Assembly: GCA_030704615.1 (NCBI GenBank)
Contig: CM060731.1
Location: 33,232,001-33,296,000 of the forward strand
Direction: 5' to 3'
Origin: Takakia lepidozioides
Taxonomy: Eukaryota; Plantae; Bryophyta
Length of the DNA stretch: 64,000 bases
Shown here: positions 22,787 to 36,400 of the stretch, piece after piece
Numbering within the stretch: the first letter of the stretch is position 1
Layout: each line of letters begins with the position of its first letter
Program-made: the position numbers and the translations under genes
The notes under the pieces: model-generated
Database searches by the model: none
What the model was told of the DNA's origin: nothing
Seen by the model: only the letters and a program-made list of their open reading frames with translations

Positions 22787-24323
22787 TCAGGAGCACAAGT
22801 TGCTGCTCGAGTGACAATAGCTGCAGAGTCTACATGCAATGGCCCTGTAAGTGCGGCTCCACACATGAAGCCCAATCTGGTCTACTCTAGGCATATGAGG
22901 TTGTACTGCAAGTGGAGCTTGAACCTCAGGCCTTAGAGCTGGCGCAACATGAGTAGTGGCCATGGCAGCAAGATGTTGCTCTAGCTGGGCAAATCTATCC
23001 ACCATGCCTTGGTCATGACCTTGACCCTGACCCTGTGCTCCTTGGTTTTGGTTATGACCTCCACCACGACCTCTGCCTCCTCTACCTCTCTGAACTACAT
23101 TGCCTCGTCCTCGGCCACCATTGCTCCCTTGGAACTGGCCTGGCCATAGTTTAGGATGCAAGTCATAACAATGGGCCTCCTCATGCCCATACTTGCCACA
23201 ATGCCCACACTGTAATTGTGTAGGCTGTGCCTGTGTCGGCCTTTTGGCTCTCTTCGGGCAATCCTTCTTAACATGAGGTCCTCCACAATCCCAACAAGTC
23301 ACACCCGACTGTTGTTGGCTTGAGAATGAAGGAAGAGACCTCTGCATCTGAGATCCTCTCTCTCCTTCCCTGGGCTTCGCCTGAGCCCCCTTGTTGTCTT
23401 GAACACATTGGGGTAGTGGTTGTTGTTGGCTAGGAGCGCCACTTCGTTGTGTCTCCTTGCCAAACCCTACCATGACCACTCGTTCCTCCACCATATTGAG
23501 CTCTATCCCCTCTGCCAGCAAAAACACATTTGCTAAGGTATGTTGGTTCACTTGTAGGAGAGTTGCATCCCGCACCCTTCTCCTCAGCTCCTTGTCCAAT
23601 ATCCCATACCAGAATTGGACTGCCTGAGCTTCCGTAACCCCTGGGTTACATTTATCAAGCGCCTCATGCGAGTGTAAGCCTCCTCAAACTCTCAGTAGGC
23701 CTCCGTTGGAACTCTTGCAAGCTCCGCAACTTCTCTGTCCTTATCCCTTGGTAGTTTTTTTTTCAACTCCTCGAACAATTCCACAACTGTGTTAAAGGCA
23801 GACACGGGTGCTGGTGCTGCAGTAGGAGCTTGAGTGGATTTTCCAGCTCCTGTACCACTTGTCCCACTACTAGTGCTTGCAGTTGGACATGTTGGTGTAG
23901 TTGCTGGTGTCGCCGCTGCCCTTGTGCCTCTAGTGAGCTATGGATTGCGCATCTGCTGCAAGTCACACCAACTGCCAAACTCCTGTATGAAATCGTCTAG
24001 CTCGATGATGCCCACAGCTCCAGAGTACCTCCAAGGCCCCTTGGTAGCTCCATACATCTCATCCATCGTATCCCACAACAACGGCACGGAAATAGCTTGT
24101 ACCTGCAGCGTGGAGCCCTCAGAATCAGAATCAGAACCTTCCTCAGAAGACACAGAAGATGACCTGAAGATAAAGATGGCCTAAACCGTACTCCTTGTCT
24201 CGTGTACCCACTAATATCGATAGTGCTCGTACCGGCACTTCCCTCATCAACTACTGGCACTTCCGTGATGAAAACTCGCAACCACACCTGTTGTAAACCT
24301 GTCTCTAATCCCTCTTTCCACAA
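22787..24323 (-). pseudogene. gypsy gag with two zinc knuckles and RGG-rich tail
   Basis: ORFs 23997-24323, 23938-24153, 22787-23599; CX2CX3-4HX4C motifs; GGRGRG repeats; frameshifts and stops. Confidence 0.8.
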
Positions 24324-24529
24324 GGTAACCGGATAGAGAACCTGTTGTAGCTAATGGCTTAGACTACTAGGTTCATAACATAAACCTGTACCTGCACCTG
24401 CATCCATCCACCGCAAGCACTCCTATGGTCTGCTAGTCATCAACCCAGCCTCACCATAAGAGAACAATGATGGTCTGACTGGTCATCACCCCAGCCTCAC
24501 CTTTGACAACACGCTCTAGGATTGGCCGG

Positions 24530-27353
24530 TGATCAAATCCGGACCAACCTCCTATGAAAACAAGCGCCCACACAAAACTGACATGGCGCACAGTCAAGCA
24601 TGCAGGTGTGGAGAGGATCCAAACACAAGAAAATCAAACAGTAACTCCCCCACACCAAAAACACTCCACAATGTCGCTCCTGCAAGACACCCTAGCCCAA
24701 ACCCGGACTGACTCTTGCCTCCACCTACGGAAAGGTTTTGGCCTACAGAGAGGGTGGAAGACTACAAGGAAGAGAGACTAAAGAAATTCCTATCACATCA
24801 TGCTCTCATCCCACTACCCTATCTCCACATTCTCTTGCTTAAGCAATAGACAAGACCTTTCAAGGATCTCTCAAATAACTCTCTAAGAGCCCTCAAGATG
24901 TCTCTCAAACAATCTCACTAAGGTTCCCAAAGCTTGCACAATGGTACTCCAAACAGTACACCAAGGCCCCAAGAGCTTGCCAAATCTCGGTCCTCAAGGA
25001 CCCGAAATAGTCCTTCAAAAAGTCACCAAAGTCTCCTTAAGCTCACCACATATCGGCCTTCAAGGACCCCAAACAGCCCTCCAAACAGCCTTCCAAAGGC
25101 TCCAAAAACTTGCCAAATATTGGCCTTCAAAGACCCCGAATGGTCCTCCACATAGCCCTCCAAAGGCTCCAAAAACTTGCCAAAACTTGGCTTTCAAGAA
25201 CCGCAAATAGTCCTCCAAACAATCATCCAAATACCTCTTCAAGAGCTCTTCAAAGTGGCTTACAAAATATCCTCAAAGTGTCTTCCAAAAGCTCCTCAAA
25301 GGACCCCAAAGATCCCCCAAACAATCCTTCAAATGCCCTTGAAAATCCTCCAAAAGCCATATATTGTCCTTATATGTCACTATGTTCCCAGCCTACAATG
25401 ACCGTTCCTATCGGATAATTACCGTTTCTATTGGATAGTTACCGTTCCCATACTATAGTTACAGAACTTCCCAACCTATAGTGACAGTTCTCAACCTATA
25501 GTTACTGTTCCCATATTATAATTACTGTTCCCAACCTATAGTGACGGTTCCCAACCTATAGTTACTGTTCCCATACTATAGTGACCATTCCCATGAACAT
25601 GGGGTTTCATGTGCATTCCAAGCTAGGGTTTGGGCTTCCTTGAGCTTCATGTTTGCTCTCCTCAAGCATCCATGACTTCTATGAGATACCAAGGCAAACT
25701 ACCTCGATCTTCTTCACCTCAAGCCTCAACTAAGCCTGGTTCCATCTCACCTAACAATGCATTTGTCACACAACAAGCTTTACTTCTCTTTAGAGCTCAA
25801 GAATCAAGTTTTTTTTACCTCATTTGACAAGCAACGAAGTCTTGCACTCATTCATGTGTTCTTCTTTGGCCATGCACACACATGCTCCACTCTTGGCTTC
25901 TATGTGTTGTTTTTCCAAGCATCAATACATCTCCATCTTATGCAAAGAGGAATATTCAAGTCCTTTCACTTGCTACCTCAGGAGTCGTGCTCTCCTCAAG
26001 CTTAAGGTTGAAACCCCAACTCAAACATGTGTTCTACAAGTGTTTTTCCTTCACCTAAGTGGGAACCAACCCTTTTCCTTCCTTCTTGCTCTCCAACGCT
26101 TGAAAATAGAAGCCCCAATGGGCTAAAAACATGCTCCACATAAGCATCACCTCATACACAAAAGAATGAACTTGTTCCCTTCACCTTCTAGCTCTCCTCA
26201 AGCTTGAAGTTGGAAGCCGCATTTGGAAAGCATACTCCACATATGCGCCACTTGCTTGGTCAACCACTTGCTTCACCAAGAGCAATCCAAGAATTCATAG
26301 AACTAGCAAAAACACTCCCTTCTAGCGCCCTAGCTTGCTTGTTTTTCAACCAAATGAAACCCCACTTGGCTTCATTTCACACTTCTTAGCTTCTCTTGAG
26401 CTACTCAATGCTCCTCAAACTATCCTTGTTGTACTCCTTCTATGCAAGCATGTGCCACTCTTTGGCTTCTCTTTCATACCATGAACAACTAGAGCTTGCT
26501 CTTGAAACCCTAGTGTCAATCTTCTCCACACACAAGACGCTTCTCTTGTGATGCAAAAATTCTTTTCCAAACTCTCAAACCCTTGGTGCACAATAATGCT
26601 TCTACAAACCCTCAATGCATTCTTCTCACCATAGAAGCCACTTCCTTGGCAAATGATTGTCACAACACTTGAGATACAAGAGATGACGTTCCTTCTTTTC
26701 AAACTTTCAAACCTTTTGCTTCCACACACACAAGACTTTCTCCCTGCAATACTTGCAAAGTCTTGTAACTCAAAGAGCTATCTCCTTGAACTTTCCACCT
26801 CCTTGATGCAATGCAAACACACTCTCCCTTGCAACACCTTGCAAGCCTTGTGAGATACTTGAGTTTTTCCTAGCTCTCTCACTCCTTGGTGTACACCAAC
26901 ACAAGTGCTAAACTAATCCTTACACTCCGCATTCACAAGAATAAGGTCATCTTCTTGTAGTGATAATGAAAGTGAACTGCACAATGGAAACACTCCACTC
27001 ATGAATCCACTCAATCACATAAACTAAGTCAAGCCAAGGGCACCTTTGCTAAAGAAATCCACCCTACAAAGCCCTCACCACACTCCCTCTCAATACCTAG
27101 AGCTATGGAGGTGGGAGAGGCTCATGTTGGCTCAACTACAAGAAGATGAGCCCTCCTCAACCCTCACAAGGGGAAAACCCATCCCTATGTCCCAAGTGAG
27201 GCTTGACACCTCACTTGGCATATGAGACCAAATGAAGTCCCAAAACACAAAATATAAATATAATTATCTAAAATGTCCTAGTTAATTAGAAGTAGGTAAT
27301 TCTAGTTAACCATGACTAAAACCATGACAAAGTCAACGACCTGCACCTTTACA
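24530..27353 (-). mobile_element. Probable LTR/leader sequence of an LTR retrotransposon (may or may not belong to the DNMT-gypsy)
   Basis: Minus strand begins TGTAAAGGTGCAGGTCG at 27353 (LTR-type TG start); non-coding, strongly strand-skewed, with internal low-complexity CCAAA/CTCCAAA blocks. No second LTR copy in the window. Confidence 0.35.
25399..25593 (+). repeat. ~20-bp tandem repeat, ~9 copies
   Basis: Consensus ATAGTTACYGTTCCCAACCT / ATAGTTACTGTTCCCATACT repeated head-to-tail. Confidence 0.8.
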
Positions 27354-30300
27354 GTAAAGCCCAAAATCTCCATATGACATGTTATATGCATTTTGGCTAT
27401 AGCCACCCAAGTCTTGCAAGCGTGGCGTTGTGATTTCAGTAGCACCAAAGTCATCCAAAAACACAGGCAGAGAATCGTTCTTACCTTGGGACCTTGCCAA
27501 GGCCGCCTGGAGTCTATGACTAGTATTAAAATCACTCTAGAAATCAGGCCAAACCACGAAGCGCAGGAAATCGTTCATATCGTGGGAGAAGCCCATAGGG
27601 TCACCCTCCTCGTTACGATGACACCAACTGAGATTCTCAGCAGCCTGGCGTCGTCAGAGGTAACAAAATTTTGCAAAAGCAGGGAATGCATGCCAGTTGA
27701 CTCGCGCAAGATGTTTCAAGCACAACAGGTAATCCTTGTTCAGAGCACCCATGAGTTTTGCTACTTGCTCTGGGCTTGCTCCCAAATCCCTCGCCCATTG
27801 AGCTATGGTTTCACTTTGCAGACCTAATCTAGTAGGTGTTGGTGGAGGCAAGTCGTCTGAGCCCATATCGTATCTCCTAAGCCTACTCTCAACAAAGCAA
27901 GACACACTACATGGAGAAATTGAATGCTGCAGAGCTTCGGGAAACAATGCAAGTAAATGCTAGCGCCGAAACGAGGGACACAACAACATGAACCTACAGC
28001 ACTATGCAAGCGAATGCAAGCATGAAGCCAACATCAATGAAGGCGTAGGTGCCTCAAGGTATAAGGCGATGAAGGCTACCCGAAGCCAATAACACCAAAT
28101 GCCAGCGGCAAAAGGAAAGTGCACGACAAGGAGGGCATCTGCAACATGCGAGCAACAACGACAACCTGCATACACGGGGAATTCTCTTGCGCGGGACATA
28201 CACGACGCGAGACGAGGAGAGGAGAGAGCTCGCGGTATTCACGGAAGCAAAATATAGGAAACGGCAGGAGATGGACCCCCTCGGTTTTTGCCCTAAATTG
28301 CTAAGCCAGGTCGAACCATACATCTCTTCACTGCCCTAGATGAACATATATAAATCTTGGCAGATTTTGCCAAGCACTGAGAGAGAGATTAAAAAACAAC
28401 CAAAATCAAAAGCTCAAAAGGGGCTCAATGGGCCCCTCGGGGTTAAACAACAAAAGGTGGAATTTAATTCAAGGTGATTTCCAGGACATCGGTTGCAAAT
28501 TATGCCAACATATGCATATCTTGTAGACATATGTAAAATCAAAAGAGATCAGTTAGGAAAATTGGTTCCTAGTCTCATAGTCCGACTGTGAATACCACCG
28601 TTTCATAACCGTCTGCAAATCCAAAATCTTGCGTCTATTGACAACCGACTTATGCATCCATTATACGGTCCACCACAAAAAATGACTTAGATTTATCGTT
28701 TGAAGGTTGACTGTCCACCTTTCAAAGTGCAGGGCGTATTTTATGTTGTTTGCCCTCCAGATGACGACTACGGGTGTTAGATAAATGAAATATTAATTCT
28801 CAAGGATTACTCTAGGGACCTTGAAGGACCAGTGACCAGTGTGGTAATAATGATGATAGCTTGTTGCCGTTTCTTACAAATAAATAAATACAATTATTAT
28901 TATTATTATTTAAGAACATGGGTTATAACCCTGGAAATATATTAATAGGAAAAAGGAGATACAAGAGGAAAAAAAAGCCTCTGGGGCGTGAAGGCGTGAG
29001 ACACAAAGGGAACATCCCGGAGACTAACAAATAGAACGACATAGGCTACCCTAGAGGTCGCACTTTGGCCTCGACATAGGAGACGCACTTGGATACATCG
29101 GAGATCTTGCACTTGGGAAAGGTCTGCGATTCAAATGTCCAATGTCATCCAAGTCCAAGTGCATCAATATATGAAGCAACCCATATCTAATCATTTTTTT
29201 TTCACATAGCCTACGACCAACGGCAGAGGCTACCCTAGTATTGATGAAATAAGCAAATTGTTCATTCTCTTTTTTTCTTAAAAGAATTATTTTGGGGAAA
29301 AAAATAAAACCCCTGATTATACCATGAGACACACTCACCATAGTCAAGAGCCGTCTTTATATGGACCTTCACTCCAGGGTTTACTAATATATGCGTATAT
29401 GCCTTCTTGTTGCTATCACTTTCCTTAAAAACAAATTCTGAACTACTGGGACAAAGAACGTTTCTGGGATTTGAGCTCAGATACGTAATTATGTATAGTT
29501 CATTATAAAAAAAGAAGCTACATCGTAGTGGGAAGGGCATTAGTTATTGTGAAAAGTGAAGTGGATTATTACCGACAAGAAGTTGCAGTAAATGTTATAG
29601 TAGTGGCGCTATAATGCTCTAAAAGACCGTGTACCTTGGTCTGGGTACCGGCCGTCTCTTACTCGTTGCGATCCCTGTTGGTGAGGGATTCGGAGGTAGG
29701 TCAGCGATGAATTGAATTATAGATTGCACTGCGCCCTTGTAATTTGGCGTCCATTTCTCAAATCTGAGGTGTTAGATTGAGAGCGTGTGGGGGGTGGGAG
29801 GGAGGCGAAGTTGGATGTTATTTCAGACTTTAGTTCTTTGCATTGGACTTGTTTTTTCTCGGCCTCTCTCCCCGCTTCTGTATCTCGGCATGGAAGGTTC
29901 TTGGAAGAGGAAGGAGGAGAAATGTAGGCGGGGTTTGTGCACTTAATGAAGCATATGTCCGGTCACGTGCTTGTGTGGAATCTGCCTCCCATGGTTTCTC
30001 TTTTGTTTATGCAAGCAAAGCAGAGGAATATGAACGCATGACGCTGTGTTCTTGTATTAGAGTTGTCGGACTCTCGTCTCCTTTCAGGGATTGATACATT
30101 CGTCACGAGCACATCCCAGGTTTCCGGCAGCTTAATCTCTCTTTCTTAAAATCTCAAAGGCCTGCATTAACCTCAGATTGCATGGATGGCACTACTTGTC
30201 CTTTGGTGAAGAGACTCAGAATTTTCGCTATATCACAATTCGATGCCTACTCGCGAAGCCCGATGGAACTACAAAGTTTGAACTGTGATAAAAATGTGGC

Positions 30301-30446
30301 AATGTCGTGTCACTGAGCTGACTTGGAGGCTTTGTATGATGGAGATGATACCATCTGTTTCCGAAGGTGTTGTCGTCCCTCGTTCTCCCTATCTGTATTA
30401 CGTCAATACGCGGTGGTCTTCTTGAACAGCAAGCCAGAAGACAGCG

Positions 30447-33400
30447 ATGTCCTTAGACCAGCCTACATGGAAAGTGCCGGAAGAAGCAGTGCTGGGGTTG
30501 TTGGAGCTGGAGAGGGATATGTGTGGTGGTGGAGATTTCAATCCTTACCTCCAAGACTTGCATGCCAGAGGCCAGGCCCAATGCACCACTGTGTGGACTA
30601 GAGGAACTATTGCTTATCGCTGCCGAAATTGCCAAATCAATGATTCCAGGTTAGCTCCTTCTTGTTGTTGACAGTATTACGAGTACTGGCGTGGAGCATC
30701 CCATGGTATCCATCTCGAAGCCTGGTAGTAGTTATAGCTATGCATGGATTTTATTTGTCTTGTTGGTGGTATAAGAGTCCTAATTCTGAACACGCTTGGT
30801 AAATACAGAATTATCCTGGGGTGGTTGTGAGTAAAGTCAATGTCTCTGGTGCCGACCAATTTCTCATACGTGCGTTGTCGGACTATCGCCTATACGCGCT
30901 AGTGCACAATTGAGCCTGTGATTGGCAGCTCCGACATTGTTTGGCTTGCGCTGTGGAGCATATAGATGGAAGGGGAAATTAATTCACAGTGTATGTCACT
31001 CGCTAGGGCTGTTGGCTTATGTGCTAGAAATGGAGGCCAGTTATGGAAGCTTTTTAAAACGTGGAAATTTGGACGAAATTTCCAGTAGGTACCCTACAAT
31101 TAGTGCTAGCAACGCCAATGTAGCCACCAGCGTTCGCACAGGACTTTTTGTGTAGGCTAGCCATCTTTGAAGCCTCCAAGATTGGATTCTATAGCAGTCA
31201 TACCTGGCCTTGAGGTTTGTGCGTTAAGAAGCCACAGAAAGTCAGCAACTGGACAAACTTGTGGTGGAATTGCAGCGCCTGGCGATAAGATGGTCAGCTT
31301 CACTGTGACATGGTCGTAGAAAAATATTTAGGGCAATCAAGAGGATCTTTGGTGTTAGGTCCAAATGCCATCTCACTACAGTCCTGAGGGCTGGATGCAT
31401 GCCTTGTGTATCAGTTAGTGTTCTTTTACCAGGTAGATGGTAATTGGAGGTGAATTTGATTCAGAAATGTTGTCTTGAAGACTGCATAGGTACCCCTTAC
31501 TGATGAGTTAGAAGTTTGTCGGAAACTGCCATGTCCAACTGAGAATGGGAGTCCCTGGCAGATGAAGAGAACATGGAAAACATACATAGAGGTGTTAGAG
31601 GGCTGGACATGTGGTCCTGAAGACATACTTTGGTGCAATAGGAGTCGCAACTTCTCTTCCAGTGTGTGAACATTGATGTGGATCCATGTCTTTGAGCTCA
31701 ACATGGCATACTTCCTTGGGTTCTAAGTCATGTAGTTGAGGATTAAGACTTTAGTTGGGGGAATGTAATCAGCCAGCTGACAAGTGGTATTGGGTTATAA
31801 GAGGAGGCCTACCACTAAAGAAGGAAGGATCCCCTTGAGCTATCTCCGAATGTGAAGTCTGTAATGCTCAATCATCAAGGCAGTCTGCAAGGATATTGTA
31901 GGTGGGTCTGAAAGTTTGGACCACAACCTTTCATACAAACTTGAGTGTAGTTAAGATGCTTCTAGTTGGTGAACTGCTGTCCCAGCCAGACCCTGAACCT
32001 AACACTATAACTCAAAGGGACAACTGATAATTAAATTCCTTGGAAGCTACTGTAGCTGGGAAGACTGCTGCCAGTGTGGAGGTCTACAGTGGTGGAAGAA
32101 CAAGCCCTTGGCAAGGGCAATGATTGCTCTTATTACACTTAGCTCCAGTGAAGGCCTGGGTCCAGGGCCGTGGGTGAATGATTTGGTAAGCCCCAGCTCA
32201 AGTCTCATTAGCTTGGCTGGAGGGTCATACTTCTCACATGTGGATGTGGTTTGCTCAAAATTGGGACTGTCAACAACAATCGTTCTGGAGTCTATCATGC
32301 AACTGTACCTGAGGATCACTATAGGTTTGTTTATTTTTGAAGGCAATGGAAACCTTAAGCATTGTGTGGGGACCTAATGAAGGGAAACACATCATTTTCT
32401 GCATGCTTTGGACTGACCCTCTGCTGAAGAGCAGCCTCACCCTCAAGATAAGTGAGGGACTCAAGATAAGTGAGGGACTGCTTCTTCCAGGTATCAGGCC
32501 AAAGGATTTGCTTCATCCTAACTGAACTGCTTGGTCGTTGTGGTGATTTTGAGCGCAGTGCCATATGTGTAAACTGTTTCCAGGCCGGCAAGCACCAGTC
32601 GCATGAGTATGGTAGGGTTTCCTTCAATCTGCTCAAACATTTTTTCATAAGTCACTTTCATGTCAAGTGAGAGTGCAGGTTATTGCAAACCTTAAGGCAT
32701 ATTTGCAGTGCCATTGCATTCTCAGGACTGACATTGAGTGGCAGTGTATTCTAGACTTGGATGGGAGTGGAAACAGATTGTTTGGCTCTTGCAGCAGGGA
32801 GGTTTAACGGATTTTAAACTATTCCAGTGGTTGTGAAAAAAGAGTCTCTTGGATGGTCAGCAACTGCACTTACTGTCTTGCTGTGAACGGCCTCACTTCA
32901 CCAATATAATCAGTTTCTTGAATGTGCGTCTTATCATCCATTCGAGAGGATATTGCGGGTGGTAGGTCCAGATCCAAGTTTTTGTCCCTTACAATGGCAG
33001 CCGTACGACCCCACGTTGAATGTTGCATGTGTGTTTGGGATGCAGTTATGTATCACAGTGAATCGGGAGGGTGTTGCGACTGTGGGGATCGAGATGCTTG
33101 GAAAGAGGAAGGGTAAACACCAACTTTGTGTTGGATCTATTCCATTCCTCTGCATCTCAAATCAAGAGTCAATCCCAAGCAGGGAGTCTTAGTTTTCTTC
33201 AAGCACTCTGTTGTTGAGGTTCATTTGTGAATTGTTAAAATAATCCATGGGGCTCGTATCTAGAGAAGAAGACAATGAAGATTCTGTAAAGCATTAGAAT
33301 ACTGATTGACCTTCCCTGTGAATGTTGGCTATGAAATACTGTAGGGCCCAGTCCCGTGTGATACTAACCCTCCTGGAGCTGGTATGGTCAAAATGGGGAC

Positions 33401-36400
33401 TACACCTGTGGTGGAATCTGAGTCTTTTTTCTAGCATAACGGGTATACCAGCTCCTACATAAGTGCTCAATTGGAGTGTCATTGGTGTTGCCTGAGTGCT
33501 GTGACAATTTTGGGAATTGTCATTTTCCTGGGTCCACTGACACTTTAGAGTCAGACATAACATCAATGTACATAACAACAGTTGCCGTTGCCTATAGATA
33601 CTGCAGGAACTATGACAGAACTGAGTTGGAGAATCTTTGTCGTCAACTGTATTCAATTGTGATCAATTGTGATGTCTGAAAATGATGGTACCATTCTACC
33701 ATTCTACATGGTACTACTGCCATTCAGAGTGATGACCGCTCTACAGAGAGCAAAGGAGAAGATATCTATGACATTCACGGGAGCCCTACAGTAGAGCTAC
33801 AACAGAGAACCGAAAAGAGGTGGAGAAAAGGAAGTAAGACAAAAATTACTCATGGCCAAAGGGCCCAAGGGACACAAGTGGAACGTACAGGACCATGGAA
33901 ATGAAAAGGTTGTGTGGGGGTATTGGTCCATAATTTTGATCTGGGTCTAGCCCAATATCAGGAATTCTCAAAACATTTCCAATTTCCAGGGAAAATACAC
34001 AAGTTAAGAGAGAAGAAAGAGACCTTGGAGCAGTTCCTAAAGGGATGGTTTCATGGTGATTTTTATCTGACTGCCTGTATTGGTCTGTGATTTCTCTGTA
34101 AGGTTGCATACGTAGTCTGCCATTTAAAAAAAAATAAAAAATGTTATTTTGAATTTTAAAATTATAAAGGGGAACACCTGGGAGCGACAGCTCACAAATC
34201 AGGCCCCTTCATAGTGAGAGGAGAAAATAACCTCTTTCACAGTAACCTCGCCGTGAAGGCTTTCCGATGCGACACCTGTGGAGGGAAGGGGGAGAAATAC
34301 CACACCTGTCAAGTAGCAGGATTTGACCCCAGAATCATCTGGGTGGCACTCCGTGCACATACCAACTGAGCTACTGACTGTTGGTACTTAGCCCAGGTTA
34401 CTTAGCTAACTGCTGTCTGAATTTTGCAGATTCTGCAAAGAACACCAAAGCTTCAATGTTCAGAGGGAGTCTGTGTCACCTCACCTGCTGGTCACCACAC
34501 AATCTGCAGGTGAAGTTCAGCTATTTCATTGTCAATGAGCACAATGGTCAACCAGTATAGCATGTGTTAACTTTTATGTATTGAATGCTCGAATCTAAAT
34601 GTTTGTAGGTTTGGGATGGAGAGGGCTTTTTTGTCTGAAACTGAACTTGATCATCAAAAGGAGAGTCGAAAGAAAGATAGCAGTTGGGAGGCGGTGACCC
34701 GAAATTACGTCATTTTTCCCCTTACAAGGATGAATAGCAGCAATACAAATAGAATGCTGTTGTCCAGGAATGCATGCAGAAAATGTTTTGAAGGCCACCT
34801 TCCCTGTGTTGTTGTCTAAGTCAGTATTGGGTTTGTTGACTGCAAGGTTAATGCTACGTTTGACTAACTTGTTGTGCTGGTTCTTCAGTGGGCTGGGTCC
34901 TGCGGCAGCTGTCTATCTGGGTTTATACAATATGGGAAATAAAAGTGGAGGATCCGTCACTCCTTGTGGTGAACGAGGTGAAGATTTCCCTTGTGTTGGT
35001 TACCTGGTTACAGAAGGTGAGCTTTGTAGCACCAGGAACTTACGTGACCTTCCTATGTTTTAAGTGTGTCCAAAACACACCCTCAGCCAGTGCTGCCCTG
35101 TTGTGACCAACATTACAGGCTATAAAGGCAGTATCACAGAGTGAGAGATTTAATGTTCAAACCACTGTACCTCCCTTATCCTTGTCTGCAGCTTTATAGC
35201 TTCTCTCCTCGTTTCTTCTCAACTGCGTACAGGTATGTGCAGTTGATGCTCTTCGCGACATTGTGTGTGAAGAAGTATTATGCAAAAGTTTGAATCAAGC
35301 TCAAGCAAGTAAGAACACGGTGAGCCCTCTTGCCCGAAGTGGCACATACTATTGTGCAGCAGGATTAGATGAAACTTGCAGTTTCGAGAATTTCTCCAGA
35401 CTGACCATTTTGGAAGGTACAACCAAGTCTTATGTTGTGTATATGTCCAGTGATATCAGCATCTCATTGTGCAGAATCCTTGCTTCATGTGTAGAATAAA
35501 CTACTGTAGATGGAACCCCCTTGACATATATTGTAGTGATGATATCTTTGGAATGTCCCAATAGCATGATCAAGTGTGAGGTCTGCCATTGCTCTTCACG
35601 TTGGTACTGGAGTGTTATGAATCAAAGGTTTCGAGACAGCCTTCAAATGCCTGGGGAGCTAGAGGGTCATGATGTTAAGCTTCAGCTGGTTCCTGCAAGG
35701 ATTTTGTTCTAGTTATTGATTGAGCCAATCTTTATACAATTGTTTGGATTGTTTTGATTGTGTTGACATTGATACGGTGGTGGTAAGATGAAGAATTTTG
35801 AGGTTTTATATTTTTTGTTGTTTGCAGAATAAAGGCAGGAGGTCACCGTTAGATGTTTTCCTAGAGACACTTCCTAGGATGCCAGAAGATCTCATGGAAG
35901 GGGTAATGTTCTGCCTCACTTTTCTAATCTGCCTTGTCTCGTTCTTACTATGCTTCGACTCCCAAGAACATGCAATTTTGTTGTCACATGTATTTGTTGT
36001 TTTCTCCGCCATGCATTGCATATATTCAACTCATGTGGGAATGGTTACTTGGTAACATCATCGGCATAATAATACTACTAAACACCCCACAATATGCACT
36101 GCCAGTCATGGGTCTGCTTGCAGGGAGTCTGAACATGTTAAAGTAGCTGATTGGAGTCTTGGTCCCCAGAGATTGATCAAGCACCATAGAAACTCTTGCA
36201 ATTCTGAACCCCAGGAGTTGGAGTGGAAACACCACAGAGAGAACTCAAAATGGAGATCATGATAAGATCTCTAAAAGTTTCTTTGGAGGAAACTTGGGCA
36301 TGACCTAAGGTAATAGGTGAAAACTCTACGTGTATAGAGATATCATAGGCATTGATGTCCAGGGAGCTCTTTTCAGATCAACTGCTTTTTTTGTATGCAA

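Larger units (their letters stand above)
18693..24323 (-). mobile_element. Ty3/gypsy LTR retrotransposon encoding gag-protease-DNMT-RT, degenerate and 3'-truncated
   Basis: Order on the minus strand: gag with two CCHC knuckles (CWDCGGPHVKKDC, CGHCGKYGHEEAHC), aspartic protease VLLDSGAQ, C5-MTase, then RT (RRPYRYS, FSTLDLR, FLPFGLKN, YIDDIIIFS). No RNase H or integrase after ~18700. Confidence 0.9.

Noticed and set aside
27354-28446. Possible piggyBac-like end (TTAA-CCCC on the minus strand at ~28446) with a decayed ORF at 27654-27947
   Set aside because: No matching opposite terminus or transposase motif found in the window.
28960-29540. Possible old LINE remnant upstream of the UBR gene
   Set aside because: Too degenerate; no diagnostic motif readable.
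31380-32460. Coding-like fragments in UBR intron 1
   Set aside because: Not needed for the in-phase UBR-box splice and no recognisable domain; probably decayed TE sequence.
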